Assembly: GCA_963702005.1 (NCBI GenBank)
Contig: OY969696.1
Coordinates: 3,936,001-4,000,000 of the forward strand
Origin: Candidatus Aminicenantes bacterium
GTDB lineage: Bacteria > Acidobacteriota > Aminicenantia > Aminicenantales > JAFGBC01
Reading direction: 5' to 3'
DNA: 64,000 bases
Part shown: positions 1 through 9,310 of the stretch, one piece after another
Layout of the letters: each line of letters opens with the position of its first letter
Position numbering within the stretch: the stretch's first letter is position 1
The notes under the pieces: model-generated
What the model was told of the DNA's origin: nothing
What the model saw: only the letters and a program-made list of their open reading frames with translations
Databases searched by the model: none
Translations under genes and position numbers: made by a program

Positions 1-615
1 GAAGGTGTGCAGTTCGTTTGTGCCACATTGACGGGCTTTATACTTCTCGTAAAAGAGTATCCGGGCTGCATCTGGATATATACCGTACCGATTTTTTGCA
101 ACAGCTGTTGATTTCGCCAAGAACGGATGGTGTGCTATTGAGCGCATGCTTTGGACGATTTCTCCAGGCTTGGCATTAAGACGCTCTCCTATCTGCAACG
201 GTTTTCCACGCTGAAGTCTCGAAAATATAAGCCGAACGCGTTCATCGTCGTAATCTTCCATTATGTGGAAAGTAAGGGGGTAGTTCAAGAATTGCGTTTT
301 CTGGTCATCATCCAGCGGGTTTTCGCCATTGAATGTTTTACCCCGATTGGCTAACCCTGAGAATCTCTCGCTCAGTTTTACTTTGTTGTCATAGAAGTTG
401 GATATGCAATTGAGACGCTGTTGCCCATCCACGATATAAAAGACCCTCTTTGCCGAATCGAAGTTGAGAAAGAAAATGGGAATCGGCTCTCCGCGCAGAA
501 TTGTATCTATGAAGCACTGATTGTCCTCATGCGACCAAGCGTCGCTCGGCCTTTGATACGTACGGTCGACTTTGTACTTGTTGCGATCATTGATGTATTG
601 TTGGATGTTTGGCAT
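1..615 (-). CDS. DUF262 (ParB-like, GmrSD N-terminal) protein, runs off the window; integron cassette 3
   Basis: Not in the ORF track. Manual translation from ATG 615 gives MPNIQQYINDRNKYKVDRTYQRP...FYIVDGQQRLNCI...IFSRLQRGKPL, open to base 1. YQR and DGQQR motifs; RBS GAGGTGAGG; starts just after the attC core GTTAGTC. Confidence 0.85.
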   Translation of the reverse strand, partial: MPNIQQYINDRNKYKVDRTYQRPSDAWSHEDNQCFIDTILRGEPIPIFFLNFDSAKRVFYIVDGQQRLNCISNFYDNKVKLSERFSGLANRGKTFNGENPLDDDQKTQFLNYPLTFHIMEDYDDERVRLIFSRLQRGKPLQIGERLNAKPGEIVQSMRSIAHHPFLAKSTAVAKNRYGIYPDAARILFYEKYKARQCGTNELHTF

Positions 616-634
616 TCCTCACCTCTTTTTCTAT

Positions 635-694
635 GACTAACGTCACGGATTAGCGGCGCGGCTTGTCCGCGTCCGCTGCATGCGATTGTTAGCC
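635..694 (-). mobile_element. attC: attC site of the R-M cassette
   Basis: Minus strand GGCTAAC-aatcgcatgcagcggacgcggacaagccgcgccgctaatccgtgac-GTTAGTC, a 60-bp imperfect palindrome. The upstream gene's TAA lies inside R''. Confidence 0.93.
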
Positions 695-1603
695 CTCTTC
701 TTCTGTTTCATCATTTCCGGGAGCGCTGGCTATGAAACTCAAACCGCTCGCTGATAACTTTGATGAAAACTCTTTTCGCGCCTTTGCAAGTGTCTGAAAG
801 TAATTGCGGAATGCGTCGGACTGACTCTTTGCCCATGCTTGAGACTTGGGCAGTGGCACAACAATTTCTCGGTAGCGGGAGCCGCAGTCCTCGCGGTTGG
901 TTTGCATAAGCGCGATGCGACGCCATTGATTTCTTACCGCACTGAGACACAAGGCCCAAAAGAGGTAGAAGGGGTCCCAAACAGAGGCGTCAACAACGCG
1001 AAACACAAACATCTCCTTGGTAAGAACAGCTTGTTCTTCGCCCGGCACAATGATTGCGAACTCGCCTATGTTACTGCTCGCCCGGTTGGGCGTCAGAACA
1101 TCCCATGCACGCAGTCCGCTACTCTTGCCGCGCCAGAACCTCTCGGCAACCTTGGTGGTAACGAGGTTCGTGGGATTGATGTTCATGCGCATGGCGCGGA
1201 TATCAGAAACCTTGATGTAGGGGATTGTTCCCGCTCTTTGGTCGTTTCCCGGACTTCCGTGTCCGCCTCGGACGGTGAGAATCTTTGCGTCAAGAAGTGC
1301 TCCAAGCGTGATCCCCTCCGTGCCGAGGTCGCGAAGCGTTTCCCGTATGGGATGATTATAACGGTCATCGTAGTATGTCGGGACAATAACGCCGGTTGTA
1401 AAGACAACCGACTCCTTCACATCGAACCGACAGGTTGATGCCGATCCGTCAACATACGCGTCAACGGCCGCAATCAGTTCATTGTCAACCTCTTCCGTCC
1501 GCTTGCCTGTCGCCGGGTCGGTCTTGTACCGGATGCCGCCACTCTTGTATATCCCGCAGGTCTTAGGGTTCAGGAACGTTACCTTGTGCTGTTTTGTGCT
1601 CAT
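689..1603 (-). CDS. Restriction-modification specificity (TRD/HsdS-like) subunit
   Basis: 304 aa with TRD-like segments (IPYIKVSDI, DVLTPNRASSNIGEFAII, YREIVVPLP); ATGA overlap with the methyltransferase. Confidence 0.72.
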   Translation of the reverse strand: MSTKQHKVTFLNPKTCGIYKSGGIRYKTDPATGKRTEEVDNELIAAVDAYVDGSASTCRFDVKESVVFTTGVIVPTYYDDRYNHPIRETLRDLGTEGITLGALLDAKILTVRGGHGSPGNDQRAGTIPYIKVSDIRAMRMNINPTNLVTTKVAERFWRGKSSGLRAWDVLTPNRASSNIGEFAIIVPGEEQAVLTKEMFVFRVVDASVWDPFYLFWALCLSAVRNQWRRIALMQTNREDCGSRYREIVVPLPKSQAWAKSQSDAFRNYFQTLAKARKEFSSKLSASGLSFIASAPGNDETEEEG

Positions 1604-3231
1604 GGTCGCGTGGACACCTTCTCAAATACATAAAAGTTCGTCTTGGCTCGGCAAAAACCTTGGAATGCCTCCATCGGGATGTTTGCAACAACCACAGGGC
1701 GGAGCCTGGGTTTAATCCATTCAGTCACGAAACTATAGTTCGGGGAGAAGAAGTATGTTTCTGGCAGAACAATCCCAACCCGACCCCCCTTCCTCAATAA
1801 TTGGTAGGCCCGTTGCAAAAACAACAGCCCTATCTCCAAGTCTCGGAATCCGCCATCCTCCTGAGCAGCTATCGTGAGATTGGAGAGACGACTGTCTTTC
1901 GCAGAGACTTTCAGATTCTTTCCGAATGGAGGATTGGTCAAGACGACGGAAAATCGTCCATCTCTGAACGTGCCTGATGACAGATGCGGGAAATCAGTAG
2001 CCCACTTGTGCGTGCGCACAGAGTCGCCACGAGCGCAGTGAGCCGAGCCATCCCCGGCGATTTGCATAATGGCCTTTGTCAGTTTTAGGCCGATGGCGTC
2101 TTTCTCGATTCCAAAGATGTGAGTCTGAGACCATTTGGAAAGGCCGGAGTCAGTCATCTTGGGGAAACGTCGTTTCATTTCAATCATGCTCTGCACAAGA
2201 AAGCCGCCAGTTCCACATGCCGGATCGATTACGATATCTGATTGTTCAAGTCTCATGAGGCGGACTCCAGCCTCGATTACCGCTTGGGGAGTGAAATACT
2301 GGCCTTCTCCCTGTTTCAGTGCTTCGCTGCGAAGCACCTGAAAGGCCACGGCAACCGAGGCCATGCCCATATCCAGCAAACGGAGACCTGATAAAGCGTC
2401 AACACATGCTGTTATTGTGTCGTCGGATAGGCGAAGCCTCTTGTCGTTGTCCGTGGTGAAGGTCTCGGGATAGACGTCGGCCAGGTTCTCGAATGCCTCG
2501 CGCACAGCGGCGGCAGTCTTTTTCGCTGATTCCATTCGCCGGAAGATGACCGCACTTTCAGGGTCAGACTTGCCCTGTTTATCGCTCTCCAGTTTGATCA
2601 AGAGAAGATTGCAGAGCTGGTCGAGTTGTTCTTCCCGACGCGTTACCACGGTGTCGGATATCACAACCTTGTCCAAAAGATCAGAAATGACTTTGCGGAA
2701 TATCTGCTCGGTTGGTTCGACCAAGTCAGAATAAGTTGTTGTTTGGATATCTGGAGCAATCGGGTCGCCAGGCCGGGGCAGCTTGTCCAGTTCAAGTCGT
2801 TTAAGCAGCAGTCTGCCATCTGGACTGCGGTATAGGAATGCGCCTTTGGCTGATGCCTCGGGAGTGTTAACCCAGACACCAAGACTCGCGTGCGGCTCGC
2901 CAACGAAATAGCTCTCCAGTTGATTGACGCCCGCCTTCTCGTTCGGTTGTTTACATTCAACAATGAAGAGTAGGTGATTGGGGTCTCCGCGGTGGATTTC
3001 CCCATCGAACACGGCGATATCCACAGGAAAGCCAGCGAAGCTCTGGCCCTTCTCCCGCTTTGTGGCTTCAGATGGCGTCTTCGGAATTCGCCACTCTGTC
3101 TTTCCGAAGATCATCTGCCCAACTTTCCACCCTCGCGAGACGAGTAGGTTTACCAGTGGACCAACGACGCCGTACTGTTCCTTGGTCTCCTTAAGGACGG
3201 AGACAACGTGTTCTTTGTAGTCGTACTTCAT
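1600..3231 (-). CDS. N6-adenine DNA methyltransferase with N-terminal PD-(D/E)xK nuclease domain (type IIG/IIB-like)
   Basis: GQYFTP, IDPACGTGGFL (motif I), TNPPFG (motif IV); N-terminal VDIAVFD...IVECK; RBS AGGAG. Confidence 0.9.
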   Translation of the reverse strand: MKYDYKEHVVSVLKETKEQYGVVGPLVNLLVSRGWKVGQMIFGKTEWRIPKTPSEATKREKGQSFAGFPVDIAVFDGEIHRGDPNHLLFIVECKQPNEKAGVNQLESYFVGEPHASLGVWVNTPEASAKGAFLYRSPDGRLLLKRLELDKLPRPGDPIAPDIQTTTYSDLVEPTEQIFRKVISDLLDKVVISDTVVTRREEQLDQLCNLLLIKLESDKQGKSDPESAVIFRRMESAKKTAAAVREAFENLADVYPETFTTDNDKRLRLSDDTITACVDALSGLRLLDMGMASVAVAFQVLRSEALKQGEGQYFTPQAVIEAGVRLMRLEQSDIVIDPACGTGGFLVQSMIEMKRRFPKMTDSGLSKWSQTHIFGIEKDAIGLKLTKAIMQIAGDGSAHCARGDSVRTHKWATDFPHLSSGTFRDGRFSVVLTNPPFGKNLKVSAKDSRLSNLTIAAQEDGGFRDLEIGLLFLQRAYQLLRKGGRVGIVLPETYFFSPNYSFVTEWIKPRLRPVVVANIPMEAFQGFCRAKTNFYVFEKVSTRP

Positions 3232-3283
3232 GATCTCCTACACTCATCATCTTGGCACGCATGCATCGGTGTCATTCTCTCCG

Positions 3284-3355
3284 GGCTAACGTCAGGGTTG
3301 ACCGGCGGGGGAACCGCTCGGCGGTTCACCCGTACGGTCCGACCCTTGGTTCGCC
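3284..3355 (-). mobile_element. attC: attC site of the AAA ATPase cassette
   Basis: Minus strand GGCGAAC-caagggtcggaccgtacgggtgaaccgccgagcggttcccccgccggtcaaccctgac-GTTAGCC, a 72-bp hairpin overlapping the last codons of the ATPase. Confidence 0.9.
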
Positions 3356-4572
3356 CCTACAGTCTGAATGACTTTATACGCAGCTATCCAGACCGCGAAT
3401 GACCGTGACGGCAACCGGAACATCCCCTTCTTCCCCGGCATGGGAAGAAGAATGTGCTTCTTCGTCAGAGTGTGAAGTGCATTGCTTATGGTCCCCGTCT
3501 TCAGGCCCGATCGCTTAGTAATCTCCCCCCGCGACATGTATTGTTCGGGATTTACAGCTATCACTTGGAGCACCTTTCGGTAGTCATCCGAGTAGATTTC
3601 GCCCGTGTACATGTTCTCGAAGTAGCGCATGCCGAGTTGATGGAGCGCGCCGTTCTCTTTGGTCAGCCCAACGGCGACGTCAGTGCGAGAGATGACATTA
3701 TCCGTGTCGGTCTCGAACGCTGAGTATCCGTACTGCTGGATGAAGTGTGGATAACCTTCCGAGACGTTGACGAGGAGTTCGAGGGCATCAGCTTCGATGG
3801 CGGTTGGGAATCCATTCTTCTCCGCAGCTTCGTCAAGTGCCGACGAGAAAACGCTCCTTCGCTCTTCCGGTGCGAGAGGCCCTAATTCGAATGGCTGAAA
3901 GATGCGGACCGAGGACTCATGACTCTTCCTTAGCTTGCCAAGAACCTCAGTAATGCCGACCAGACCAAATGCCGTGTTGCCGCAACCTCTCTTTGCCAAT
4001 CTCTCGGTAAGCACCTTCATGCACTCTCCGAGATTAGCATGCGCCGGGGCCTTGTCGGCTTCGTCAATGAACACGAAGATTCCGGAACCGCGTTCCTTAA
4101 GGCGTGCGGCCACCGCTATCATCTTCTCTGCAAGCTCCTCAACGAGAACCTCCGGGCGGAGTTCCTCTTTGTTGTACTTGACGCCAAAGACCTCCCACCG
4201 CGTCAGAAACTCCCATAGATCCGATAGAGACTTCCGGACAGCCTCGCTTCGGTCAAGCGTCCTAGTGAACTCTCGTGCAATCTTCGCCGTCAACTCGGTG
4301 TAGGTGTCAGATGGCTCAAGCTCCACGTTGACTGTGAGTATGTCCAGCTTGCTGCCGTCCAGAGTCGGGATCGTCCCTCGTGCCACATTGTCCAGGAGAA
4401 ACAACAGAGAGGACTTGCCTATCCCGCGTTCACCATGGATCAAAAAACTTGTCGGGTTTCCGTTAACCGTCTGGAAGAATGCGTTCTCAATTGCGCGTAT
4501 CTCCGGGATGCGGCCGTGAAACATTCCTGGGTGGATGATTGACCCTGGCTTGAACGGGTTGTATTTCGGCAT
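3292..4572 (-). CDS. P-loop AAA/STAND-like ATPase with C-terminal winged helix; integron cassette 1
   Basis: NPFKPG...FHGR start, Walker A GERGIGKS, Walker B FVFIDE, GYPHFIQ, C-terminal HTH. Start moved to ATG 4572 (AGGAGG RBS, downstream of the attI core). Confidence 0.85.
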   Translation of the reverse strand: MPKYNPFKPGSIIHPGMFHGRIPEIRAIENAFFQTVNGNPTSFLIHGERGIGKSSLLFLLDNVARGTIPTLDGSKLDILTVNVELEPSDTYTELTAKIAREFTRTLDRSEAVRKSLSDLWEFLTRWEVFGVKYNKEELRPEVLVEELAEKMIAVAARLKERGSGIFVFIDEADKAPAHANLGECMKVLTERLAKRGCGNTAFGLVGITEVLGKLRKSHESSVRIFQPFELGPLAPEERRSVFSSALDEAAEKNGFPTAIEADALELLVNVSEGYPHFIQQYGYSAFETDTDNVISRTDVAVGLTKENGALHQLGMRYFENMYTGEIYSDDYRKVLQVIAVNPEQYMSRGEITKRSGLKTGTISNALHTLTKKHILLPMPGKKGMFRLPSRSFAVWIAAYKVIQTVGANQGSDRTGEPPSGSPAGQP

Positions 4573-4584
4573 CTGTATCCTCCT

Positions 4585-4750
4585 GGCTAACATATATTAG
4601 ATGGATCCGCATAAGATGCAATAATCTTGTATGTTGTCCGTATAAGACACCTTCCGATTTCTTGCCGAAGAGCCGAAAATACTCTCCTTTCAACGACTTG
4701 CTGCCCATCCGGCCATTTATTTCGGCATGTTATGCGGATCGGCATAAAAC
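4585..4750 (-). mobile_element. attI: attI site with upstream repeated putative IntI-binding motifs
   Basis: Minus strand ttatgcggatccatctaatatat-GTTAGCC directly before cassette 1, with no attC hairpin. Related motifs ttatacggac and ttatgccgatccgcataa lie between it and the intI stop. Confidence 0.75.
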
Positions 4751-4757
4751 CTCCCTT

Positions 4758-5270
4758 TTAAAGCTCGTCCACCGGGCTGCGAACGCCGGCCGGTCCGCGG
4801 TTGAGGACATGGGTATATATCATCGTTGTTTTGACGTCGCTATGGCCTAAGAGTTCCTGGACCGTCCGGATGTCGTAACCGCCTTCGAGCAAGTGGGTGG
4901 CGAAGGAATATCGGAAGGTGTGGCAAGTGGCCCGTTTCGTTAGACCTGCCTTCGTAACAGCATCTCTAACGGCTTTCTGAACGAGTGATTCGTCAACGTG
5001 ATGGCGACCTTGTTCCTTTGTCTCGGGATTGATCCTCCGGTTTTCCTGGGGAAAAACCCATTGCCAGCGCCATTCCGCGGGCGCGTTGGGATATTTCCGG
5101 TCCAAGGCGTTAGGCATCGCTACGCGTTCCCAACCCTCGGCCAAGTCGCGTTCATGAATGGTCTTCACACGCTTGAGGTGGTCTTGAAGCGGCGATTTGA
5201 GCGAGTCGGGAAGCATCGTGTTAACGAAGACGACTTCCTGTCTTGTCTGTAAATATCCCCCCGCCAACAT
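4758..5270 (-). pseudogene. intI: Integron integrase, N-terminal half deleted
   Basis: IntI-specific insert ([20 protein letters not shown]...RHH), [29 protein letters not shown]. Similarity begins only at TMLP (~5220), so box I Arg and the N-terminal domain are missing. Confidence 0.92.
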
Positions 5271-5308
5271 AGATAAAGGTTATCACGCTGATTCAAAAAA
5301 TGTCAAGA
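5249..5308 (-). promoter_or_regulatory. Sigma70-like promoter block upstream of the intI remnant
   Basis: TTGACA-18 nt-TAACCT with extended TG, 6 nt before an ATG; 44/60 identical by eye to 33453-33511. Confidence 0.65.
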
Positions 5309-5364
5309 TTTTATAGCTTGCGAGCGGGCAAGGACGGCTAAGTACCGAGGCGACAAGAAGCTTC

Positions 5365-7797
5365 CTACGTTTCCTCGATCAGGCCGACTTCGCGCCAATG
5401 GCCCGACAGCTTCTCGACCCGGATCGTCTTGACCTCGAACGGCTTGAAGGCGAACCGCATCTCGGCTTTGGGCTCGCGGAGATCGATCTCGGCCGCCGTC
5501 TCGATCCCGCACGCTTCCTGGAGCCTGAGGATGAGGGCCTCTCCTTCCCAGGCTTTTTTGCAGGCCAGGAGGCGGATGTTCAACGGCCTGACCGATAGAA
5601 ATTCCTCAACCCCGGCCGAACCCTCGCCGAAAGGAAGATGAGCATAGGCCACCGGAGGAGCGGCCAAATGATCGGCCAACCCGGGCATCATCCGCCGGAG
5701 GTCCTCGGGATCTCCCGCCGTGACGAGGAGTCGGACGTCGTGGGCGCCGAGGTCGGCGTACTTGGGAGACGGAGAATCGCCGAGCTTGAACCCGCGCTCA
5801 TGGCAGTAGGCCGCGCTCCGCAGGACCGAAAGGCGAAGCTCACCCCCCGCGAAGTCGAGCCCGTGCTGGCCGCTCGAGGCGACGCCGAGCCCGGCGCGCC
5901 GTCCTCCGACGGTTCCTTGCAGCAGGCACCAGCGGCCGTGGACATGCTCCTCGCCGTCGGCCGGCCGGAGGATGGCGCCGGCCGGAACCTCGCAGAAGAG
6001 ATCCCCGGCCTTGAAGACCGTCGGGACGCGCAATTTGAGGCGCTTCTGCTCCTCGTTCCAAAGAATCCGGAGTCGGACCTCGAGGACGGGCCAGCCTTGC
6101 CAAGAGCAGATGTCCACGGTCAGCCGGCTCCGTTTGTGGACGAGGACGGATTGGACGATCGTCCGGACGGGGCCTTTGGCCGACGTCTTAGGAAGGCCCT
6201 TGAGCTTGAACCGGCCGGCGACTTCCCGGTAGCTGGTGCGCCCCGTCCCCCAGGAATCGGCCGGGTCGTTGATAACGAGGGGCTCGAAAAGAGGGCCGGC
6301 CAGACATTCATCGCCCGCCGCGGTCTTGAGCGATCCGACCAGCCCGCGCCGCCGGTCATACTTGAACTTGAGGCCGGGCTTGGCGCTCCGCTCCTGCCTG
6401 GGGCCCGAAACGGCCAGAAGGTGGTAGCGCGAAACGCCCGCCCCGGGAAGCTCGTCGAGGAAACTGACCTTGCGGCGCCAGCCGTTGAAGGGAAGGAGCG
6501 ATTCCGGCTGCTCTTCCTGACAGGGGACTTCGCCGCCGTCCATCCGCATAAGCTTGAGGTGCCATTCGCCCGACCAGAACGGGCGGTAGTCGACCATGCT
6601 CTCGACCTCGACCGGGACTCGGGTCAAAGCCGCGTTCGTGTTCAAGAGCGTGACCGGGAGGCTGGGGCTCTCCTTGTCGCCGCGGTTGAGGGCGGCCGCC
6701 GCGGCCAGCCGGACGCGGCGGGCGGCCTCGGCGGCCCGGCCGTAGATGTCCAGGGCGTCCTGTTCGGCCGGCTCCGTGCAGCTCCCGGTGATGACGTCGT
6801 GGAAGTCATTGAAGAGATGGTCGCGCCAGGCGGCCCTGAGTTCGGCTTCGGGGAAACTCTCGTTCTTGCGCAACCAGGCCCAGGCAGCGAGCGCCTCGGC
6901 TTGGACGAGCCGGCCCAGGCTTTTGACGGCTCGCCGTTTGACCCGGCTCAACAACGTATAGCATCCCGTGAACACCCGCTGGAGATCGCCGACGACCACG
7001 GGTGCCGCGGCCGCGAAGTCCTTGAGGGCCGCGTAGAGCTTGTCGGGCGTGCTGTGGATGACGCGGACTCTCTGCTCCCTGGCGATGAAATCGTCGATGA
7101 TCTTGAGGTCCTCGCGGGTCGCCCCGCCGCCGTGGTTCCCCAAGCCCCAAAAAATGGGTACGTCGCGGCCGAGCTTGAGCGCCAGCCCGGTCCCCTCCTC
7201 GAGCCGCCGGCGGATGTTGTCGCGCTCGGTATGGTAGAGGCCGACGCTGATCCGGTAGGTCAGGATCTCGCTCCCGTCCACCCCCTGCCAGCGGTAGAGA
7301 TCGGCGGGAAGCGCGAGCTCGTCCGGCTGGGGCCGCATGTGGATGTACATCTCGTAGCCGGCCTCGCGGAGGAGCTGGGGCAGGCCGCCGCTATGGCCGA
7401 AGGAGTCGAAGTTGTAAGCGACGCGAGGGTGGGCCCGGAACCGCTCCCGGAAATAGCGGCGGCCCTCGGCGATCTGGCGGACGAGGGATTCCGTGCCCGG
7501 GAGGTTGAGGTCGGGCTGCAAGAACCAGCCGCCGCTTACGACCCAGCGTCCCCTGGCCGTCAGGTCCTGGATTTTCCGGAAAAGAGACGGATCGAGCTTC
7601 TCGACCCATTGGTAGAGGACGGCTTCGTTGTGATTGAAGATGAGCCCCGGGTGCTCGCGGAGAAGCCGGACCGCGGTCCGGAAGGTGGCCAGGGCCTCGG
7701 ACGCCCCTTCCTCCCAGCGCCACTGCCAGACGGGGTCGAGGTGAGCGCTGCAGATGAGGTGGACCGTGGGCTTGTTCATTTGATCGGGCTCACCCAT
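5365..7797 (-). CDS. Glycoside hydrolase family 38 (alpha-mannosidase-like)
   Basis: AHLDPVWQW, DSFGH, FNDFHDVITGS motifs; 810 aa. Confidence 0.9.
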   Translation of the reverse strand: MGEPDQMNKPTVHLICSAHLDPVWQWRWEEGASEALATFRTAVRLLREHPGLIFNHNEAVLYQWVEKLDPSLFRKIQDLTARGRWVVSGGWFLQPDLNLPGTESLVRQIAEGRRYFRERFRAHPRVAYNFDSFGHSGGLPQLLREAGYEMYIHMRPQPDELALPADLYRWQGVDGSEILTYRISVGLYHTERDNIRRRLEEGTGLALKLGRDVPIFWGLGNHGGGATREDLKIIDDFIAREQRVRVIHSTPDKLYAALKDFAAAAPVVVGDLQRVFTGCYTLLSRVKRRAVKSLGRLVQAEALAAWAWLRKNESFPEAELRAAWRDHLFNDFHDVITGSCTEPAEQDALDIYGRAAEAARRVRLAAAAALNRGDKESPSLPVTLLNTNAALTRVPVEVESMVDYRPFWSGEWHLKLMRMDGGEVPCQEEQPESLLPFNGWRRKVSFLDELPGAGVSRYHLLAVSGPRQERSAKPGLKFKYDRRRGLVGSLKTAAGDECLAGPLFEPLVINDPADSWGTGRTSYREVAGRFKLKGLPKTSAKGPVRTIVQSVLVHKRSRLTVDICSWQGWPVLEVRLRILWNEEQKRLKLRVPTVFKAGDLFCEVPAGAILRPADGEEHVHGRWCLLQGTVGGRRAGLGVASSGQHGLDFAGGELRLSVLRSAAYCHERGFKLGDSPSPKYADLGAHDVRLLVTAGDPEDLRRMMPGLADHLAAPPVAYAHLPFGEGSAGVEEFLSVRPLNIRLLACKKAWEGEALILRLQEACGIETAAEIDLREPKAEMRFAFKPFEVKTIRVEKLSGHWREVGLIEET

Positions 7798-7925
7798 TTT
7801 ACATGATTATTCGATCCGGAGCATAGAGCCTTTAGATCTTCCAGAATAAGAATTCCCCCCTTGGTCTCGGCACGGCTGATTTCGCGGCCGTCTTGTCAAC
7901 AAACCTAGCCTATTCTCCGTTTCTT

Positions 7926-7976
7926 ACTACGGGGAGCAGAATATAGATTGCATAATCCTTGCTGCTCCCCGAGTAC
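7926..7976 (-). repeat. GTAC-footed palindrome (REP-like)
   Basis: Minus strand GTACTCGGGGAGCAG-22 nt-CTGCTCCCCGtAGT, intergenic. Confidence 0.55.
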
Positions 7977-8051
7977 TAGCCGGGCGACAAAGAAATAGGG
8001 AGTCATCTATATTCCGCCCGGCTTAGTAAGAAAAGGCTCTATGAGGAGATC

Positions 8052-9290
8052 ATGATGAAGGCTCTGTCGATACGATTTCTTCAGCCGCCGCGGCTCTTTG
8101 CCGGCGCCATTCTCATCGCCGTCGTATCCGTTCCCATGGCGGCGCAGGACGCGAAGGTGGATATTTCCGCTTGCCGCGGCATGTACAACGTGCTGAAAGC
8201 CATGCGAGACGGTGAGCCGCGCGACAAGGTCTCTAGCATGCTGGACGCCTTGCTCGAAAAGCCGCCATATCGGATCATGTTCAAGCACTACAACCGCTCG
8301 TGGCGGCCCAACCATCTGCCCAAGGCCGTATTCAAGAGAATGATCCTCAGCCTCCAGTTTGAGGGCGAGTACTCTCCCGGCGAGAACGAACGCGCCGACG
8401 CGATGCGGGCGCGATGGACGAAGTATTACCCGGATCTCTCGCCCTACGACAGCCAGCTTGGCCAGCTCGAGTCCGCGAACCTGCCCAAGCTCATCAAGGA
8501 CGGAGTGAGATATGCGCAAGGCTGGCTCCCTCCGGGATGGAAGATTCCGGATTTTTGCTTTCCCGTCATCCCCAACGGAGGAAGCCCGGCCTTTACCATC
8601 GAAAATGCCCAAGGATATGATTTCCTCCAACTCTCGCAGGGGCGGCCGGGCGAACTGGACCTGAACTGGCTTGTGGGGACGGTCGCCCACGAATCCCATC
8701 ACATGGGCATGCGGTCCGTCGCGCCGGGCTCGCTGTCCCCCGCCGATGCCATGGCCTACCGTGTCGTCAGCCTCTGCGTCGCCGAGGGCGTGGCGACGGA
8801 GTTCATAAGCGGCCCGCCTGAGGGACGAGCGCCCGCCATCCCGGACGTACCGTTTCACGTTTTCACCGATGACCTCGCTAAAGCCTGGAAGGAGCATGTG
8901 GACGAGGAAGAGGACATCCTGAAGCACCAGATCGCCTTGCTCGACCAAGCCGCCGCCGGAGAGTTGACGGAGGAAGCACTCAACGCCGAGCTGCGCGATT
9001 ATTGGCTGAATGGCGTGGTCGGCCGCGCCTACGTTTTAGGAGCGGACATGTTCGGGGCTATCTACCTGGCGTTCGGAAAACAGGGCGTTTTCTTGGCCAT
9101 GAAAGACCCGCGGAGATTGTTCGAGATGTACAACGCCGCGCTCGACGCCAAACCCGAAGCCCTCAAGCGCTGTGTCCGCGTACCCGATGCCTCCGTCAAA
9201 CGGGCCCTCGCTATCGGAACGGCCAACATCCTTCCCGGCAAGCAGCCTGTCCCGTCCGTTGAGGCCGCCGATGCTCTCCGGCAAACCTGA
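8052..9290 (+). CDS. Secreted putative Zn-dependent protease (DUF5700/DUF2268-like)
   Basis: Signal peptide; HESHH (HExxH) followed by AEGVA. Confidence 0.7.
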   Translation: MMKALSIRFLQPPRLFAGAILIAVVSVPMAAQDAKVDISACRGMYNVLKAMRDGEPRDKVSSMLDALLEKPPYRIMFKHYNRSWRPNHLPKAVFKRMILSLQFEGEYSPGENERADAMRARWTKYYPDLSPYDSQLGQLESANLPKLIKDGVRYAQGWLPPGWKIPDFCFPVIPNGGSPAFTIENAQGYDFLQLSQGRPGELDLNWLVGTVAHESHHMGMRSVAPGSLSPADAMAYRVVSLCVAEGVATEFISGPPEGRAPAIPDVPFHVFTDDLAKAWKEHVDEEEDILKHQIALLDQAAAGELTEEALNAELRDYWLNGVVGRAYVLGADMFGAIYLAFGKQGVFLAMKDPRRLFEMYNAALDAKPEALKRCVRVPDASVKRALAIGTANILPGKQPVPSVEAADALRQT

Positions 9291-9310
9291 AATGGGTTGA
9301 TCGAACCTCT

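Noticed and set aside
4585-4620. Resemblance of the attI core to a XerCD dif site
   Set aside because: Only the ATGTTA half is similar; the position between intI and an attC-bounded cassette supports attI.
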